This document shows positions 21,279 to 32,275 of a stretch of DNA of 64,000 nucleotides, in pieces (positions within the stretch are counted from its first letter, which is position 1; each line of letters begins with the position of its first letter). The notes under the pieces are model-generated. The model saw nothing but the letters and a program-made list of their open reading frames with translations, did no database searches and was not told the origin of the DNA. The DNA is from an uncultured cyanobacterium (GTDB lineage: Bacteria > Cyanobacteriota > Cyanobacteriia > Cyanobacteriales > Cyanobacteriaceae), in the NCBI GenBank assembly GCA_963710605.1, contig CAVQBA010000004.1:864001-928000 (forward strand). Reading direction: 5' to 3'. The translations under genes were made by a program, and so were the position numbers.

Positions 21279-21731
21279 CTAATTTAATTGTCCATTGTTA
21301 AACGTTTCTACATAACTCCTAAAACGTTCTAAATCAGCTTCTAAAGTTGATTCTACCACTTGACCTAAAAATAAATTATCCATTAGTTTACCTAGAATAC
21401 CGGGAATAGCATAAGCCACAGTTAACTTAACAATACTACTTTGAGGTCGATCGTAAAAGCGGATAGCCCCACGGTTAGGCAAACCATCAACAGATTCCCA
21501 TTGAATAATTTGATTTGTTTGTAACTTCACAATACGAGATAACCAGCTAAATTCAAAACGCCCTGTCGCCAATTTCCAACGAGATAAATCAGGATTATCA
21601 GCCAAAATTGAAACTGAATCTATCCATTTCATCCATTTAGGCATTTGTTCTAAATCTGACCATAAACTCCAAACTAAGTCTGTAGAAGCATCAACCTCTA
21701 CTTGTACTGTATGTTCTAACCAATTACTCAT
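21279..21731 (-). CDS. SRPBCC / polyketide cyclase-like protein
   Basis: VWSLWSDLEQMPKWM...IQWESVDGLPNRGAIRF...DLERF. Confidence 0.9.
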   Translation of the reverse strand: MSNWLEHTVQVEVDASTDLVWSLWSDLEQMPKWMKWIDSVSILADNPDLSRWKLATGRFEFSWLSRIVKLQTNQIIQWESVDGLPNRGAIRFYDRPQSSIVKLTVAYAIPGILGKLMDNLFLGQVVESTLEADLERFRSYVETFNNGQLN

Positions 21732-22283
21732 CCGTTTATTTATGCTTTATCTTTGATAAAACTATCTGCACTATCTATAACGCTCTATTATAATTGAGAA
21801 TTAATACTTTTACCTAACATTAATGGTGATAGTCAAAGATACGATCGTTTGTCTAAATCAGCTAAAATTATGAACAATAACTTTAAAGTGGTGCTGAAAA
21901 ATAGAACAACGGCTATCCACTTAAAAAGATTAAAATCAAAAAAATAAATCAAAAGCCAAAACAAATGATTAAAGGATGGATAACTCTATTCTCACCCAAA
22001 AATAAAGATCAAGATAAGCACGCACCTCGTTTTTGCAGAAAAAACGAATGGGTAATAATATTTTAGGTTAGGTTAAAGCCTCAAACAAAGAATAAAACCT
22101 TTAATCAAAGATGGGTTAACTCTCTAGATGGGCGATAACTTATTTGAGAGTTGAAATTTATAAGATTTGAATATTCAGTTTATCTACTATTATTTTTGAG
22201 TCTATTTAAAAAGTAAATTAATCGATTAGTTTTTTGATAAAAATAGATTAATAATAAATGATTATATTCAAAAATTTATTCAC

Positions 22284-22395
22284 ATATAGCAATTATCACC
22301 ATTACGAGGTACATATTGATCCCCCGCTCATCCCCCTTATTAAGGGGGACTTGTCGATCGCTAACTGTACTTCACAAGTATGGGAAACGCTATAT
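22284..22395. mobile_element. MITE-like element, ATATAGC...GCTATAT, with an internal TCCCCCTT/AAGGGGGA hairpin
   Basis: Imperfect ~30-bp terminal inverted repeats (ATATAGC..GAGGTACA / TGTACTTC..GCTATAT); related copy at 42248-42313. Confidence 0.7.
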
Positions 22396-22584
22396 TTAGA
22401 TGATTTACTTGGTTTAATCTAAACTAGACATTTTAGTCAATTGTGGTTACTTTTTTTGATTTTACTACTGAATTATTTAATAAAATTTTTACTTAAACGA
22501 TATTAGATAAATACTTTTCAATAAATTTGAATTATTTTTTCTCTACATTTATTCACAATTAAAATAAGTTAATAATAAATAACT

Positions 22585-25497
22585 ATGAACTTGCCAAGTT
22601 TGGATTTTAAAACTATTTTTCCTTACAAGTTAGACGGCTTTCAAAAAGAAGCGATTCAATATTTAGATGAAGATAAATCAGTTGTTGTTACTGCCCCTAC
22701 AGGTTCGGGTAAAACTTTAATTGGCGAATATGCTATTTTTCTTGCTTTGAATAGTGGTAAAAGAGTATTTTATACTACTCCTTTAAAAGCACTTTCTAAC
22801 CAAAAATTTCGTGATTTTCAAAACAAATTCGGTCGGACTCCTATTCCTAATTCTAATCTTTTTACTGAAGTTGGTTTAATTACAGGAGATACTCGAATCA
22901 ATCCTGATGCACCTGTGGTGGTGATGACCACCGAAATTTATCGGAATATGCTTTATAGTACTCCTATTGGTGAAGTCGGAACTTCTATTCGTAATGTCAA
23001 AGCCGTCATTTTAGATGAATGTCATTATATCAGTAATCAAGGTAGAGGTACAGTTTGGGAAGAATCGATTATTTATTCTCCTGCTCAAATGCAGTTAGTT
23101 GCTTTATCAGCGACTATCGGTAATGGCGAACAATTATGTGAATGGATTAATAATGTTCGTATCTCTCATAGTGTTGATCAGCAATATAGTAAATGTATGT
23201 TGATTAAATCAGATTATCGCCCTGTACCATTGAATTTTCATTTTAGTCATGCACGGGGTTTGTTTGCTTTATTTAATGATAATCAAAAGTTAAATCCTAA
23301 ATTAAAACGATATTTAGCTACTAATAGAAGAGGTAAATTTAATCAAAAAGATTGCCCTAATGTGAAAACGATCGTTAAACAATTAAGTAGTAGTGATATG
23401 CTTCCGGCTATCTACATCATTTTTAGCCGTCGTGGTTGTGATCAAGCTGTAGAATCATTAGCTTACGTTAATTTAGTAACAGTAGAAGAAAGTAAAAAAA
23501 TCTTGCTTTATCTACTTCATTTTTTACTAATTGAAAACTTTGATTTACAAGAAAAAGTAACCGAATTTGCTCATAAAGAACATGAAATTGCTCACGAAAA
23601 AATCATGTCTTTTTTAGCGAATAATCAAAATGCCCCTGAAGAATTAGTTAATTATTTAATCGAAAAACCCTTATTTAAAGAACGCTTACTTAGGTTTTTA
23701 GCTGAAAATAGCGAATTAGTTAGAAATAGCCAAATAGAACCCTTAACTAGAGGAATAGCCGCTCACCATGCCGGAATATTACCCGCTTGGAAAGAATTAG
23801 TCGAGCGATTATTTGAATTAGGTTTAGTCAAAATTGTTTTTGCAACTGCGACTTTAGCCGCCGGGATTAATATGCCTGCTCGTACAACTGTTATTTCTGC
23901 CCTGAAAAAAAGAAGCGACAACGGACTTCGTTATTTAACTCCTTCAGAATTTTTACAAATTGCCGGTAGAGCAGGTAGAAGAGGAATGGATGAGGTGGGA
24001 TATGTAATTACAGTTCAAACACCTTTTGAAGGAGCATTAGTCGCCTCTAAGTTAGCTAAAGCACCACCTGAACCTTTGAGTAGTCAGTTTGCTCCTAGTT
24101 ACGGTATGGTTCTTAATTTACTTCAAAAACACTCAATTACTGAAGTTAAAAAATTGTTGGAGTTAAGTTTTGCTGAATATTTAGCTCAGTTACAATTAAA
24201 TCCTCAAGAAGAAGCGATCGCTTCTTATACAACAGAAATAACTCGTTTAGATATGAACTTGGCTAGTTTTGACAGTCGGGAAATATCACAATACGAAAAA
24301 CTGAAAGAAAGAAGAAAGCAAGAAAAGAAAATTTTTAAATTATTCAAAAAAAATTGGTTAGAACAAAAACAAAGAGTAATTCGACCATATCTAGATCAAT
24401 TATCACCCGGACATATTCTCAATTTATGTCGAGAAAATAAAAGACATCCTTATCAAATAGAAGCAACTTTTGTTAGTTATGTAGTTAACGAAAAAGTGAA
24501 GTTTTTGCTTTGCTTAGGTAAAGATAATAATTGGTATCTCGCTGTGTTTCAAGATGTAAGTGATCTTAATTCAGCTCAAATACCTAGTTCGATCGTTGAA
24601 CAATCATATTTGCCTGAGATAGAAGATGTCAAGGTGGGTATGTTATGTCATGGTGATGAAACTACTCTTGCGATAGCTAACTTAATTAGTGAATACGCTC
24701 AACCTTATTCTACTGATAATGAAGAAATTGTCTCACAACAACAAAGGATAAATGAAGTTAACGAAATGATTACTAATCATCCTTTAGACAAAATTCCTAA
24801 CATGAGTACAATCCTCAAAAACCATCGCAAACGTCAGCAACTACAACAAGAATTAAGCAAAATCCAAAGTCAATACCAACGTTATAAAGCAAATAGCTCT
24901 TATTATTGGCAAGAATTTATGGCTTTAATTGATATTTTAAGAGAATTTGGAGCATTAATTGAATATACGCCTACCTCTTTAGGAGAAGCCGCCGCTGTCA
25001 TTAGAGGCGAAAATCAATTATGGTTGGGATTAGCTTTTATGTCGTCTCGTTTAGATAATCTTTTACCACATCATTTAGCAGGAGTCGTCACCGCTTTGAT
25101 TACTGAACCAATTAGAGGAGACGCGTGGGTAGGTTATAATGCTTCGATCGAAGTTTTAGATGTATTAGGATTACGAAAAACAGACGAGTTAAATTCTGAT
25201 CCTAATTCTGAGTTAGGAGAAATACGCCGTAAATTATATCAAGCTCAAACTCGTCGTGAAATTGCGATGCCTGTCTGGTTAGAAAGAGATTTAATTGGTT
25301 TATCCGAAGCATGGTGTCAAGGAGCAACTTGGGATGAAATTTGTGCTAATACTACTCTAGATGAAGGGGATATAGTTCGTATTTTAAGACGTACGGTTGA
25401 TATTTTGATGCAAATTCCTCAAATACCAGCAGTCAGTTATAGTTTGATTACTAATGCTAAAGATGCTAGCGAAAAAATGAAACGTTTTCCGATTTAA
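22585..25497 (+). CDS. Ski2/HelY-like DExH RNA helicase
   Basis: APTGSGKT, TPLKALSNQK, DECH, LSAT, HHAG, ATLAAGINMPART, QIAGRAGRRG, DSHCT-like DEGDIVR. Confidence 0.93.
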   Translation: MNLPSLDFKTIFPYKLDGFQKEAIQYLDEDKSVVVTAPTGSGKTLIGEYAIFLALNSGKRVFYTTPLKALSNQKFRDFQNKFGRTPIPNSNLFTEVGLITGDTRINPDAPVVVMTTEIYRNMLYSTPIGEVGTSIRNVKAVILDECHYISNQGRGTVWEESIIYSPAQMQLVALSATIGNGEQLCEWINNVRISHSVDQQYSKCMLIKSDYRPVPLNFHFSHARGLFALFNDNQKLNPKLKRYLATNRRGKFNQKDCPNVKTIVKQLSSSDMLPAIYIIFSRRGCDQAVESLAYVNLVTVEESKKILLYLLHFLLIENFDLQEKVTEFAHKEHEIAHEKIMSFLANNQNAPEELVNYLIEKPLFKERLLRFLAENSELVRNSQIEPLTRGIAAHHAGILPAWKELVERLFELGLVKIVFATATLAAGINMPARTTVISALKKRSDNGLRYLTPSEFLQIAGRAGRRGMDEVGYVITVQTPFEGALVASKLAKAPPEPLSSQFAPSYGMVLNLLQKHSITEVKKLLELSFAEYLAQLQLNPQEEAIASYTTEITRLDMNLASFDSREISQYEKLKERRKQEKKIFKLFKKNWLEQKQRVIRPYLDQLSPGHILNLCRENKRHPYQIEATFVSYVVNEKVKFLLCLGKDNNWYLAVFQDVSDLNSAQIPSSIVEQSYLPEIEDVKVGMLCHGDETTLAIANLISEYAQPYSTDNEEIVSQQQRINEVNEMITNHPLDKIPNMSTILKNHRKRQQLQQELSKIQSQYQRYKANSSYYWQEFMALIDILREFGALIEYTPTSLGEAAAVIRGENQLWLGLAFMSSRLDNLLPHHLAGVVTALITEPIRGDAWVGYNASIEVLDVLGLRKTDELNSDPNSELGEIRRKLYQAQTRREIAMPVWLERDLIGLSEAWCQGATWDEICANTTLDEGDIVRILRRTVDILMQIPQIPAVSYSLITNAKDASEKMKRFPI

Positions 25498-25600
25498 TTG
25501 GAATTGAAAAGCCTAAAGTTAGCTCATATTTAATTTTCTGAGTGAATAATTAGGTTTTTCTTTTTTACTCAAATAATTAAACGTCAAAAAGCTTAAGTTC

Positions 25601-25659
25601 GTAGTGAGGGCTATTGCCCTTATCTTAATAGTTTTTGAGACACCATTAGGGGTAACTAC
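25601..25659. repeat. Degenerate GTAG-type REP-like element
   Basis: GTAGTGAGGGC-tatt-GCCCT ... AGGGGTAACTAC. Confidence 0.5.
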
Positions 25660-26140
25660 AAACTTTCTTTTATTTAGGTTAAGCTACTTAATCGATAAAT
25701 AAAAGATAGCAACTAACACGATATCCTTTCTTGTATTCAGCAATTTTTTTTTCAATATAGAGTAGGTAAATTATTCAAAGCTAACCTACTCAGTAGTTGT
25801 TTAAGTTAAGTTTGAGACAGTATAAAAACAGTATAAAGAAGAAAATAAAACCCGCTTTGCAATGAATTGACAAGGCTAATAGATACCGTTTAATAAATTA
25901 AACTCAAAGAAAATATTATCAAATTATCTCATTCTTATTTTAATTAACTCTAGTAGTTCAAGAGTATATCTTAAGCACAATTGTAGGTACGATCGAGATA
26001 AATTGTACGATCGATGCAACAATTAAACTAGACGATAAAATTTGTAAGTTAGATAATCTGATGAGAGAGTTTAAGACTAACTGATAAATTTTGAAGTTGG
26101 AACATAACATAAAACGATCGTAATCTATTACAAATAATAC

Positions 26141-27127
26141 ATGAGAGAAACTAATAGTATTTTCAAGATAGCAGGAGAAGAGGTATTACCCGGCAAGACA
26201 ACCCAAATTCAAATACCGATCGCTAGACTACCAACACAAACTTTAATCTCTTTACCAGTCACAGTAATAAACGGTAATGAATCAGGAGCAAAATTGTGGA
26301 TTAGTGCTGCCATTCACGGAGATGAAATTAATGGAGTCGAAATCATTCGTCAAGTTGTCTCCCAAATAGATGTACGTAAATTAAAAGGTACAATAATAGC
26401 TGTACCAATTGTAAATGTATTTGGATTTATCGATCAATCTCGTTACTTACCAGACAGACGAGACTTAAATCGTAGCTTCCCCGGTTCAGAAAATGGCTCT
26501 TTAGCTTCTCGTTTAGCCAATTTATTTATGCGTGAAATAGTCAACCGATGCACCCACGGAATTGATTTACACACAGCGGCTATTCACCGAATTAATTTAC
26601 CTCAAATCCGAGCTAATTTAGAAAATTCCGAAACTTATCGTTGTGCTAAAGCTTTTGGTAGTCCGGTTATGATTCATTCTAATACCCGTGATGGTTCGTT
26701 AAGACAAGCTGTTAGTAATAAAGGTTTACCCATCTTACTTTACGAGGCAGGAGAAGCTTTACGTTTTGATAAAGATGCGATCGATGCTGGGGTAAAAGGT
26801 GTATTTAGGGTAATGAAAGAATTAGATATGTATAATTTATCCACAGCTAACCAGCCAACACAAGAAGAGGATTCTTTGCAAGTAGAGCAATCAAAATGGG
26901 TGCGTGCTTCTCGTAGTGGTATTTTTATTATTCAAACTAAATTAGGTGAAATAGTCGAGAGAAAACAAGTTATTGGTATCATCACTGATGCTTTAGGCAA
27001 TAATACTATTAAGGTAAAATCGCCTTTAACAGGAATAGTAATCGGACACGTCCAAAATCCATTGGTAAATCAAGGTGATGCTTTAATTCATGTCGGTCAA
27101 ACCATTGATAAAATTGCGGATAAATAA
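26141..27127 (+). CDS. Succinylglutamate desuccinylase/aspartoacylase (M14) family protein
   Basis: AIHGDEING, DLNRSFPG, IDLHT, YEAGE. Confidence 0.92.
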   Translation: MRETNSIFKIAGEEVLPGKTTQIQIPIARLPTQTLISLPVTVINGNESGAKLWISAAIHGDEINGVEIIRQVVSQIDVRKLKGTIIAVPIVNVFGFIDQSRYLPDRRDLNRSFPGSENGSLASRLANLFMREIVNRCTHGIDLHTAAIHRINLPQIRANLENSETYRCAKAFGSPVMIHSNTRDGSLRQAVSNKGLPILLYEAGEALRFDKDAIDAGVKGVFRVMKELDMYNLSTANQPTQEEDSLQVEQSKWVRASRSGIFIIQTKLGEIVERKQVIGIITDALGNNTIKVKSPLTGIVIGHVQNPLVNQGDALIHVGQTIDKIADK

Positions 27128-27233
27128 CGAGATTGATGACAATATTTTTACTGTAGGGGTGTAAGCGGTCAAATTAATTTTTATAATCGAAGATAGATAA
27201 ATAAATTTATTTGACTATTAATATTTTGCTCTA

Positions 27234-27908
27234 ATGAAAAAAGTTATTTTTTTGGGGATTGCCTTATTATTTGTTGCTTACGCTACCTTTGTTGCCCCTC
27301 CACAACAACCAGATACCTTTGACTTGATTACCGATTTATCGACAGGTAAATGGGAAGGAATTAACCCTTATGTTATTTGCTTGTTTAATATCATGGGTGT
27401 TTTACCGTTAATTGATGCTTCTTTCTTACTTATTGATGGTGAAGCACAACCTAATATCAAAGCCGCCCCTTTTGTCGGAATTAGTTTTGGTGTCGGTGCA
27501 TTTGCTTTATTACCTTATTTTGCTTTTCGTAGTGATAAGCCAGAATTTACAGGCGAAAAAAATTGGCTACTAAAAATACTTGATTCTCGATTATATGCGA
27601 TCGTTACAACTATTGCTTGTTTTAGTTTAATTTTCATTGCCATTACTCAAGGAAACTGGTCAGATTTTGTCGCCCAATGGCATACCAGTAAATTTATTCA
27701 TGTTATGAGTTTGGACTTTTTATGTTTGTGTTTACTTTTTCCTGCCATAGTTGGTGATGATATGAAAAAACGTGGCATTTATGACTCCAAGAAGTTTTGG
27801 TTGGTTACTTTACTTCCATTGTTCGGTACTTTAATTTATACTTGTCTTCGTCCTTCTCTTGAAAGTCGTCAAAATGATCATGTTAATCTAGTAAATAAAC
27901 CCAGCTAG
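27234..27908 (+). CDS. Conserved multi-pass membrane protein (DUF2834-like)
   Basis: LFNIMG, GAFALLPY, FIHVMSLDF, DDMKKRG; several TM segments. Confidence 0.75.
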   Translation: MKKVIFLGIALLFVAYATFVAPPQQPDTFDLITDLSTGKWEGINPYVICLFNIMGVLPLIDASFLLIDGEAQPNIKAAPFVGISFGVGAFALLPYFAFRSDKPEFTGEKNWLLKILDSRLYAIVTTIACFSLIFIAITQGNWSDFVAQWHTSKFIHVMSLDFLCLCLLFPAIVGDDMKKRGIYDSKKFWLVTLLPLFGTLIYTCLRPSLESRQNDHVNLVNKPS

Positions 27909-27951
27909 AAACGATAAATTAAGATTATTAATTATTACAACTACATTACTT

Positions 27952-28197
27952 ATGGACTATCGAATCAAAAGAATAAAAGCTAGAAAACCCCGTACTATAG
28001 CAGATAAATTAGATGATCAAGTCGATAAAATAGTCTATAAAGTAATGACTAACGAGGGTTTAGAAGAAAGTATTAGTAGAGCAATTAAAAAAGCCCTTGT
28101 TGAATTAGTCGCTCGTTATTTTTTACTAATTGGTTTTTTAGTTTTACTCATTTTATCCTTACAAGTAGCAATCTTTATAATGATAGTTAACAGTTAA
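27952..28197 (+). CDS. Small hypothetical protein with a C-terminal TM helix
   Basis: 81-aa ORF; stop lies inside an AGTTAAG repeat. Confidence 0.6.
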   Translation: MDYRIKRIKARKPRTIADKLDDQVDKIVYKVMTNEGLEESISRAIKKALVELVARYFLLIGFLVLLILSLQVAIFIMIVNS

Positions 28198-28222
28198 GAG
28201 TTAAGAGTTAAGAGTTAAGAGT
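28185..28222. repeat. Heptamer tandem repeat (AGTTAAG)n
   Basis: agttaac agttaag agttaag agttaag agttaag agt. Confidence 0.9.
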
Positions 28223-28490
28223 ATTTAGGGTAATTTTATTAGTAATAAATATTATATCTCTGTGCTTTATTTTACTATTTTTAGTAAATTGTTTACTTGT
28301 CAATTTTTGTTTATCATCCCTTAATTTATAATCTTAATAATAACTAATTATGAGGTACATTTATTATTTTCAAATCCTCCATTCTTCCCTTAAAGGAGAA
28401 ATACCAAAGGTAGAAGGTTTGGGAAATTTAGAGTGATAGTTTTGCACTTGTTCGATGTAATTATTGCTATAATAAATTAACCCAATTGTC

Positions 28491-28525
28491 AATTATTAAT
28501 TATTAATTATTAATTATTAATTATT
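28491..28525. repeat. Heptamer tandem repeat (AATTATT)x5
   Basis: Directly upstream of the radical SAM ATG. Confidence 0.85.
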
Positions 28526-28529
28526 TTTT

Positions 28530-30140
28530 ATGAATGTTTTTCCAGAAGAGAAATTATTATTTACACCCACTGCTAATGACCATAATGCCGTACCTTTAAT
28601 TTTTGCTTTCCCGAATGAATATACTGTTGGTATTACTAGTTTAGGTTATCAATTAGTTTGGGCAAATTTTTCTGTTAGAAGTGATGTTGCGGTTAGTCGT
28701 CTTTTTACTGATGCTCATGAAAACTTACCTCGGAATCCTGAATTAGTTGGCTTTTCTTTTTCTTGGGAATTAGATTATGTTAATATTTTAAATTTATTAG
28801 AGTTTTTAAACATTCCTCTTCGTAGTCAAGATCGTAATGATAATCATCCTTTAATATTTGGTGGCGGTCCTGTTTTTACTGCTAATCCTGAACCTTTCGC
28901 TGATTTTTTTGATATTATTCTTTTAGGTGATGGCGAAAATTTGTTAGATAATTTTATCGATCGTTATCAACAAATTCGTTATGGAAATAGAACTGAAAAA
29001 CTTAGTTATTTAGCACAAGAAGCTGGCGTTTATATTCCTAGTTTATACAATGTTACCTATCAAGAAAAAGATGGTAAAATAGCCAGTATTGAACCGAACA
29101 ATAAAGATATTCCTAGCTATGTAGAAAAACAAACTTATCGAGGTAATGTTTTATCCGCATCAACAGTCGTTACTGCTAAAGCCGCTTGGGAAAATATTTA
29201 CATGATAGAAGTAGTTAGAAGTTGCCCTGAAATGTGTCGTTTTTGTTTAGCGAGTTATCTTACCTTACCCTTTCGGACAGCTAGTTTAGAAGACTCTTTA
29301 ATCCCATCTATCAATCAAGGGTTAAAAGTGACAAATCGTCTCGGTTTACTAGGTGCATCGGTTACACAGCACCCGCAGTTTGAAGAATTATTAGACTATC
29401 TTGGACAATCTCAATTTGATGGTGTACGGGTAAGTCTTTCTTCGGTGAGAACAAATACTGTAACTGAAAAATTAGCTAGTTTGTTAAGTAAAAGAGATAG
29501 TCGATCGATTACAATAGCGATCGAAAGTGGTTCTGCTAAAATCAGGGATATTATCAACAAAAAACTCGATAATGAATCAATTATCGAAGCGGCAGTCAAT
29601 GCCCAAGCTGGAGGCTTAAAAGCAATCAAATTTTACGGCATGGTTGGTTTACCAGAAGAAGACACCGCAGACTTAGATGCCACTATCGAGATGATGAAAC
29701 AAGTCAAAAAAGCCGCACCTAAATTAAGAGTAACCCTTGGATGCAGTACTTTTGTTCCTAAATCTCATACTCCTTTTCAATGGTTAGGCATAAATCCAGC
29801 TAGTAAAAAAAGATTGCAGTATCTGGAGAAAAACTTGCGTAAAATTGGGGTTGATTTTCGTCCTGAAAGTTATAATTGGTCTGTGATTCAAGGCTTAATT
29901 TCTCGTGGCAATCGTCGATTAAGTAAACTACTCGAACTAACTCGTCATTATGGAGATACTTTAGGTAGTTATAAAAGGGCATTTAAAGAGCTTAAAGGAG
30001 AAATACCCCCTCTAGACTATTATGTCCATCAGACATGGGATACAGAACAAACTTTGCCTTGGCAACATCTCAAAACTGCTATTCCTCAAGAGACATTAAT
30101 CAAACATCTTCAGCAATCTTTACCTAATCCATTAAAATGA
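28530..30140 (+). CDS. B12-binding-like radical SAM protein
   Basis: CPEMCRFC (CxxxCxxC), GGGP...NPEPFADFFD, FVPKSHTPFQW. Confidence 0.9.
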   Translation: MNVFPEEKLLFTPTANDHNAVPLIFAFPNEYTVGITSLGYQLVWANFSVRSDVAVSRLFTDAHENLPRNPELVGFSFSWELDYVNILNLLEFLNIPLRSQDRNDNHPLIFGGGPVFTANPEPFADFFDIILLGDGENLLDNFIDRYQQIRYGNRTEKLSYLAQEAGVYIPSLYNVTYQEKDGKIASIEPNNKDIPSYVEKQTYRGNVLSASTVVTAKAAWENIYMIEVVRSCPEMCRFCLASYLTLPFRTASLEDSLIPSINQGLKVTNRLGLLGASVTQHPQFEELLDYLGQSQFDGVRVSLSSVRTNTVTEKLASLLSKRDSRSITIAIESGSAKIRDIINKKLDNESIIEAAVNAQAGGLKAIKFYGMVGLPEEDTADLDATIEMMKQVKKAAPKLRVTLGCSTFVPKSHTPFQWLGINPASKKRLQYLEKNLRKIGVDFRPESYNWSVIQGLISRGNRRLSKLLELTRHYGDTLGSYKRAFKELKGEIPPLDYYVHQTWDTEQTLPWQHLKTAIPQETLIKHLQQSLPNPLK

Positions 30141-30437
30141 TTACATTAATAAGATTATGTATTATCATTTTTTTATTTATTAAAACAAGTATTTATAAAA
30201 CCTTAATCTGTTTAGTTTAAACACAACTATAAAGATTAGCTATTTGCGTTCTAAATAATAGCTACATTAAAAAGATATTTGAGAAATTTAACTTGAATAA
30301 AATATAATAAATAATTAAAATATAAAATTTATTATTTTTTCGTATTTGTTTAATTTTAAATTTATAAAAAGAAAAAACACCACAGCGATAATAAAAATAA
30401 GACTAACTATTTTCGTTATAAAATATGAGTTAGTAAA

Positions 30438-32231
30438 ATGGCAAAATATATTATTACATTTATCAAATCACTAAAAAAAATATCTCTTATTCTTAAATTT
30501 TATCCTTGGGGAATACCTTTGGTAATTATATTAGGTATGTTAAGTTCTTTAGTTGAGGGAGTAGCAATTACCTTATTAATTCCTTTCTTTAAATATTTAG
30601 AATCTCAGCAAAATGTTGCTATTAATAATCCGATATTTAGTCAATTCAATCAATTTTTATTATTGTTTGCACCAGAAAGAAGAATTTTAGTTATTACAGC
30701 CTTAATTTTCTGTTCTATTTTTCTAAAAATATTATTATCTTTTTTATATATTTCTCTATGTAAATGGTTACAATTTAATACTTTACATAAATTACGTTTT
30801 CAAATTTATCAACAATTAATTAAAGTTAGTCAAAGTTTTTGGGATTTGAATAAAACTGGAGAATTAATTAATATTATAGAACAACAAACATTTTTATCTA
30901 GTCAAGCTTTAAACTATTTTATTTGGCTTAATATTAATTTGTCTATAATTTTAGTTTTTGGTTTATTTTTATTATTCATATCTTGGCAATTAACATTATT
31001 AATGATGTTAGCTTTTCTCTTAATATTTCTTATCTCTTATGCTCTCACCAGAAAAATAAAAGTATTAAGTAAACAAGATGTAGAAAGTAGTCTTAATCTT
31101 TCTCAAATAGTATTAGAAACTTTTACAGGCATCAAAACAGTACAAAGTTTTGGGAAGGAAAAGTATATGGAGAAACTATATAAAAATACATCTTTAAAAC
31201 ATAAAAATATTAAGATTAAATTAGGTATAGAAATAATGAAAGTAGATCCAATCGTCGAAGGATTAGCTGTATCTGTATTAGTAGGCATAATGGTTATTAA
31301 TATTAGCAATTCATTTAGTTTACCGATTTTAGTTACTTTTGTTTTTATGCTATACCGTTTGCAACCTCAAGTTAAACAAGTTAATTCTAATTTGACTGAA
31401 CTCATGGCGATGCTTAATTCGATCGATCAAGTTTATTCTCTATTAAATCTAACTTCGCAAAATTATATTATTTCTGGAAATCAATATTTTACTAAATTAG
31501 AAAAAGGAATTACTTTCGATTCAGTTGTTTTTCATTATCAAGGAAAAAATAAACCCGCATTAAATAATATTTCTCTATTTATTCCTCAAGGTAAAACAAC
31601 AGCTTTTGTTGGTCATTCTGGTGCTGGAAAATCAACTTTAATTAACCTCATTTTTCGTTTTTATGATGTTACTTCTGGTACGATCTATATAGATAATTAT
31701 TCTTTACCAGAACTGGATTTATCTTCTTGGCGACGTGATATTGCGATCGTCAGTCAAGATGTACATATTTTTAATGATACAGTCAAAAATAATATTGCTT
31801 ATGGTTGCCCTAATGCTAGTGATGAAGAAATAATATTGGCTTCCATACAAGCCCATTGCGATGAATTTATTAACCAACTTCCTCAAGGATATAATACTTT
31901 TATTGGAGATAGAGGTATTTTACTTTCTGGGGGACAAAAACAAAGACTTTCTATTGCAAGGGCAATTTTATGTAATCCAGATATTTTGATTTTAGACGAA
32001 GCAACTAATTCCCTTGATAATATATCAGAAAAATATATTCAAGAGTCGATCGAATCACTCAGTAAAAATAAAACTATCATTATCATCGCCCACCGTTTAT
32101 CTACTATTGAAAATGCTGATAAAATTATCGTATTGAACAAAGGTAAAATAGAAGAAGAAGGTTCATTAGAGTATCTCAAGAAAGAAGGTAAATTTTTCCC
32201 TCAAATGTATAAACTAGAATCAACTCAATAA
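30438..32231 (+). CDS. ABC exporter, fused permease and ATPase (MsbA/HepA/PglK-like)
   Basis: Multi-TM N-terminal domain; GHSGAGKS, LSGGQKQR, ILDEAT, IAHRLST. Confidence 0.92.
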   Translation: MAKYIITFIKSLKKISLILKFYPWGIPLVIILGMLSSLVEGVAITLLIPFFKYLESQQNVAINNPIFSQFNQFLLLFAPERRILVITALIFCSIFLKILLSFLYISLCKWLQFNTLHKLRFQIYQQLIKVSQSFWDLNKTGELINIIEQQTFLSSQALNYFIWLNINLSIILVFGLFLLFISWQLTLLMMLAFLLIFLISYALTRKIKVLSKQDVESSLNLSQIVLETFTGIKTVQSFGKEKYMEKLYKNTSLKHKNIKIKLGIEIMKVDPIVEGLAVSVLVGIMVINISNSFSLPILVTFVFMLYRLQPQVKQVNSNLTELMAMLNSIDQVYSLLNLTSQNYIISGNQYFTKLEKGITFDSVVFHYQGKNKPALNNISLFIPQGKTTAFVGHSGAGKSTLINLIFRFYDVTSGTIYIDNYSLPELDLSSWRRDIAIVSQDVHIFNDTVKNNIAYGCPNASDEEIILASIQAHCDEFINQLPQGYNTFIGDRGILLSGGQKQRLSIARAILCNPDILILDEATNSLDNISEKYIQESIESLSKNKTIIIIAHRLSTIENADKIIVLNKGKIEEEGSLEYLKKEGKFFPQMYKLESTQ

Positions 32232-32275
32232 ACTACCCAAAGCAACTTTTTTAAAATTTATAATTACTATCTTAA

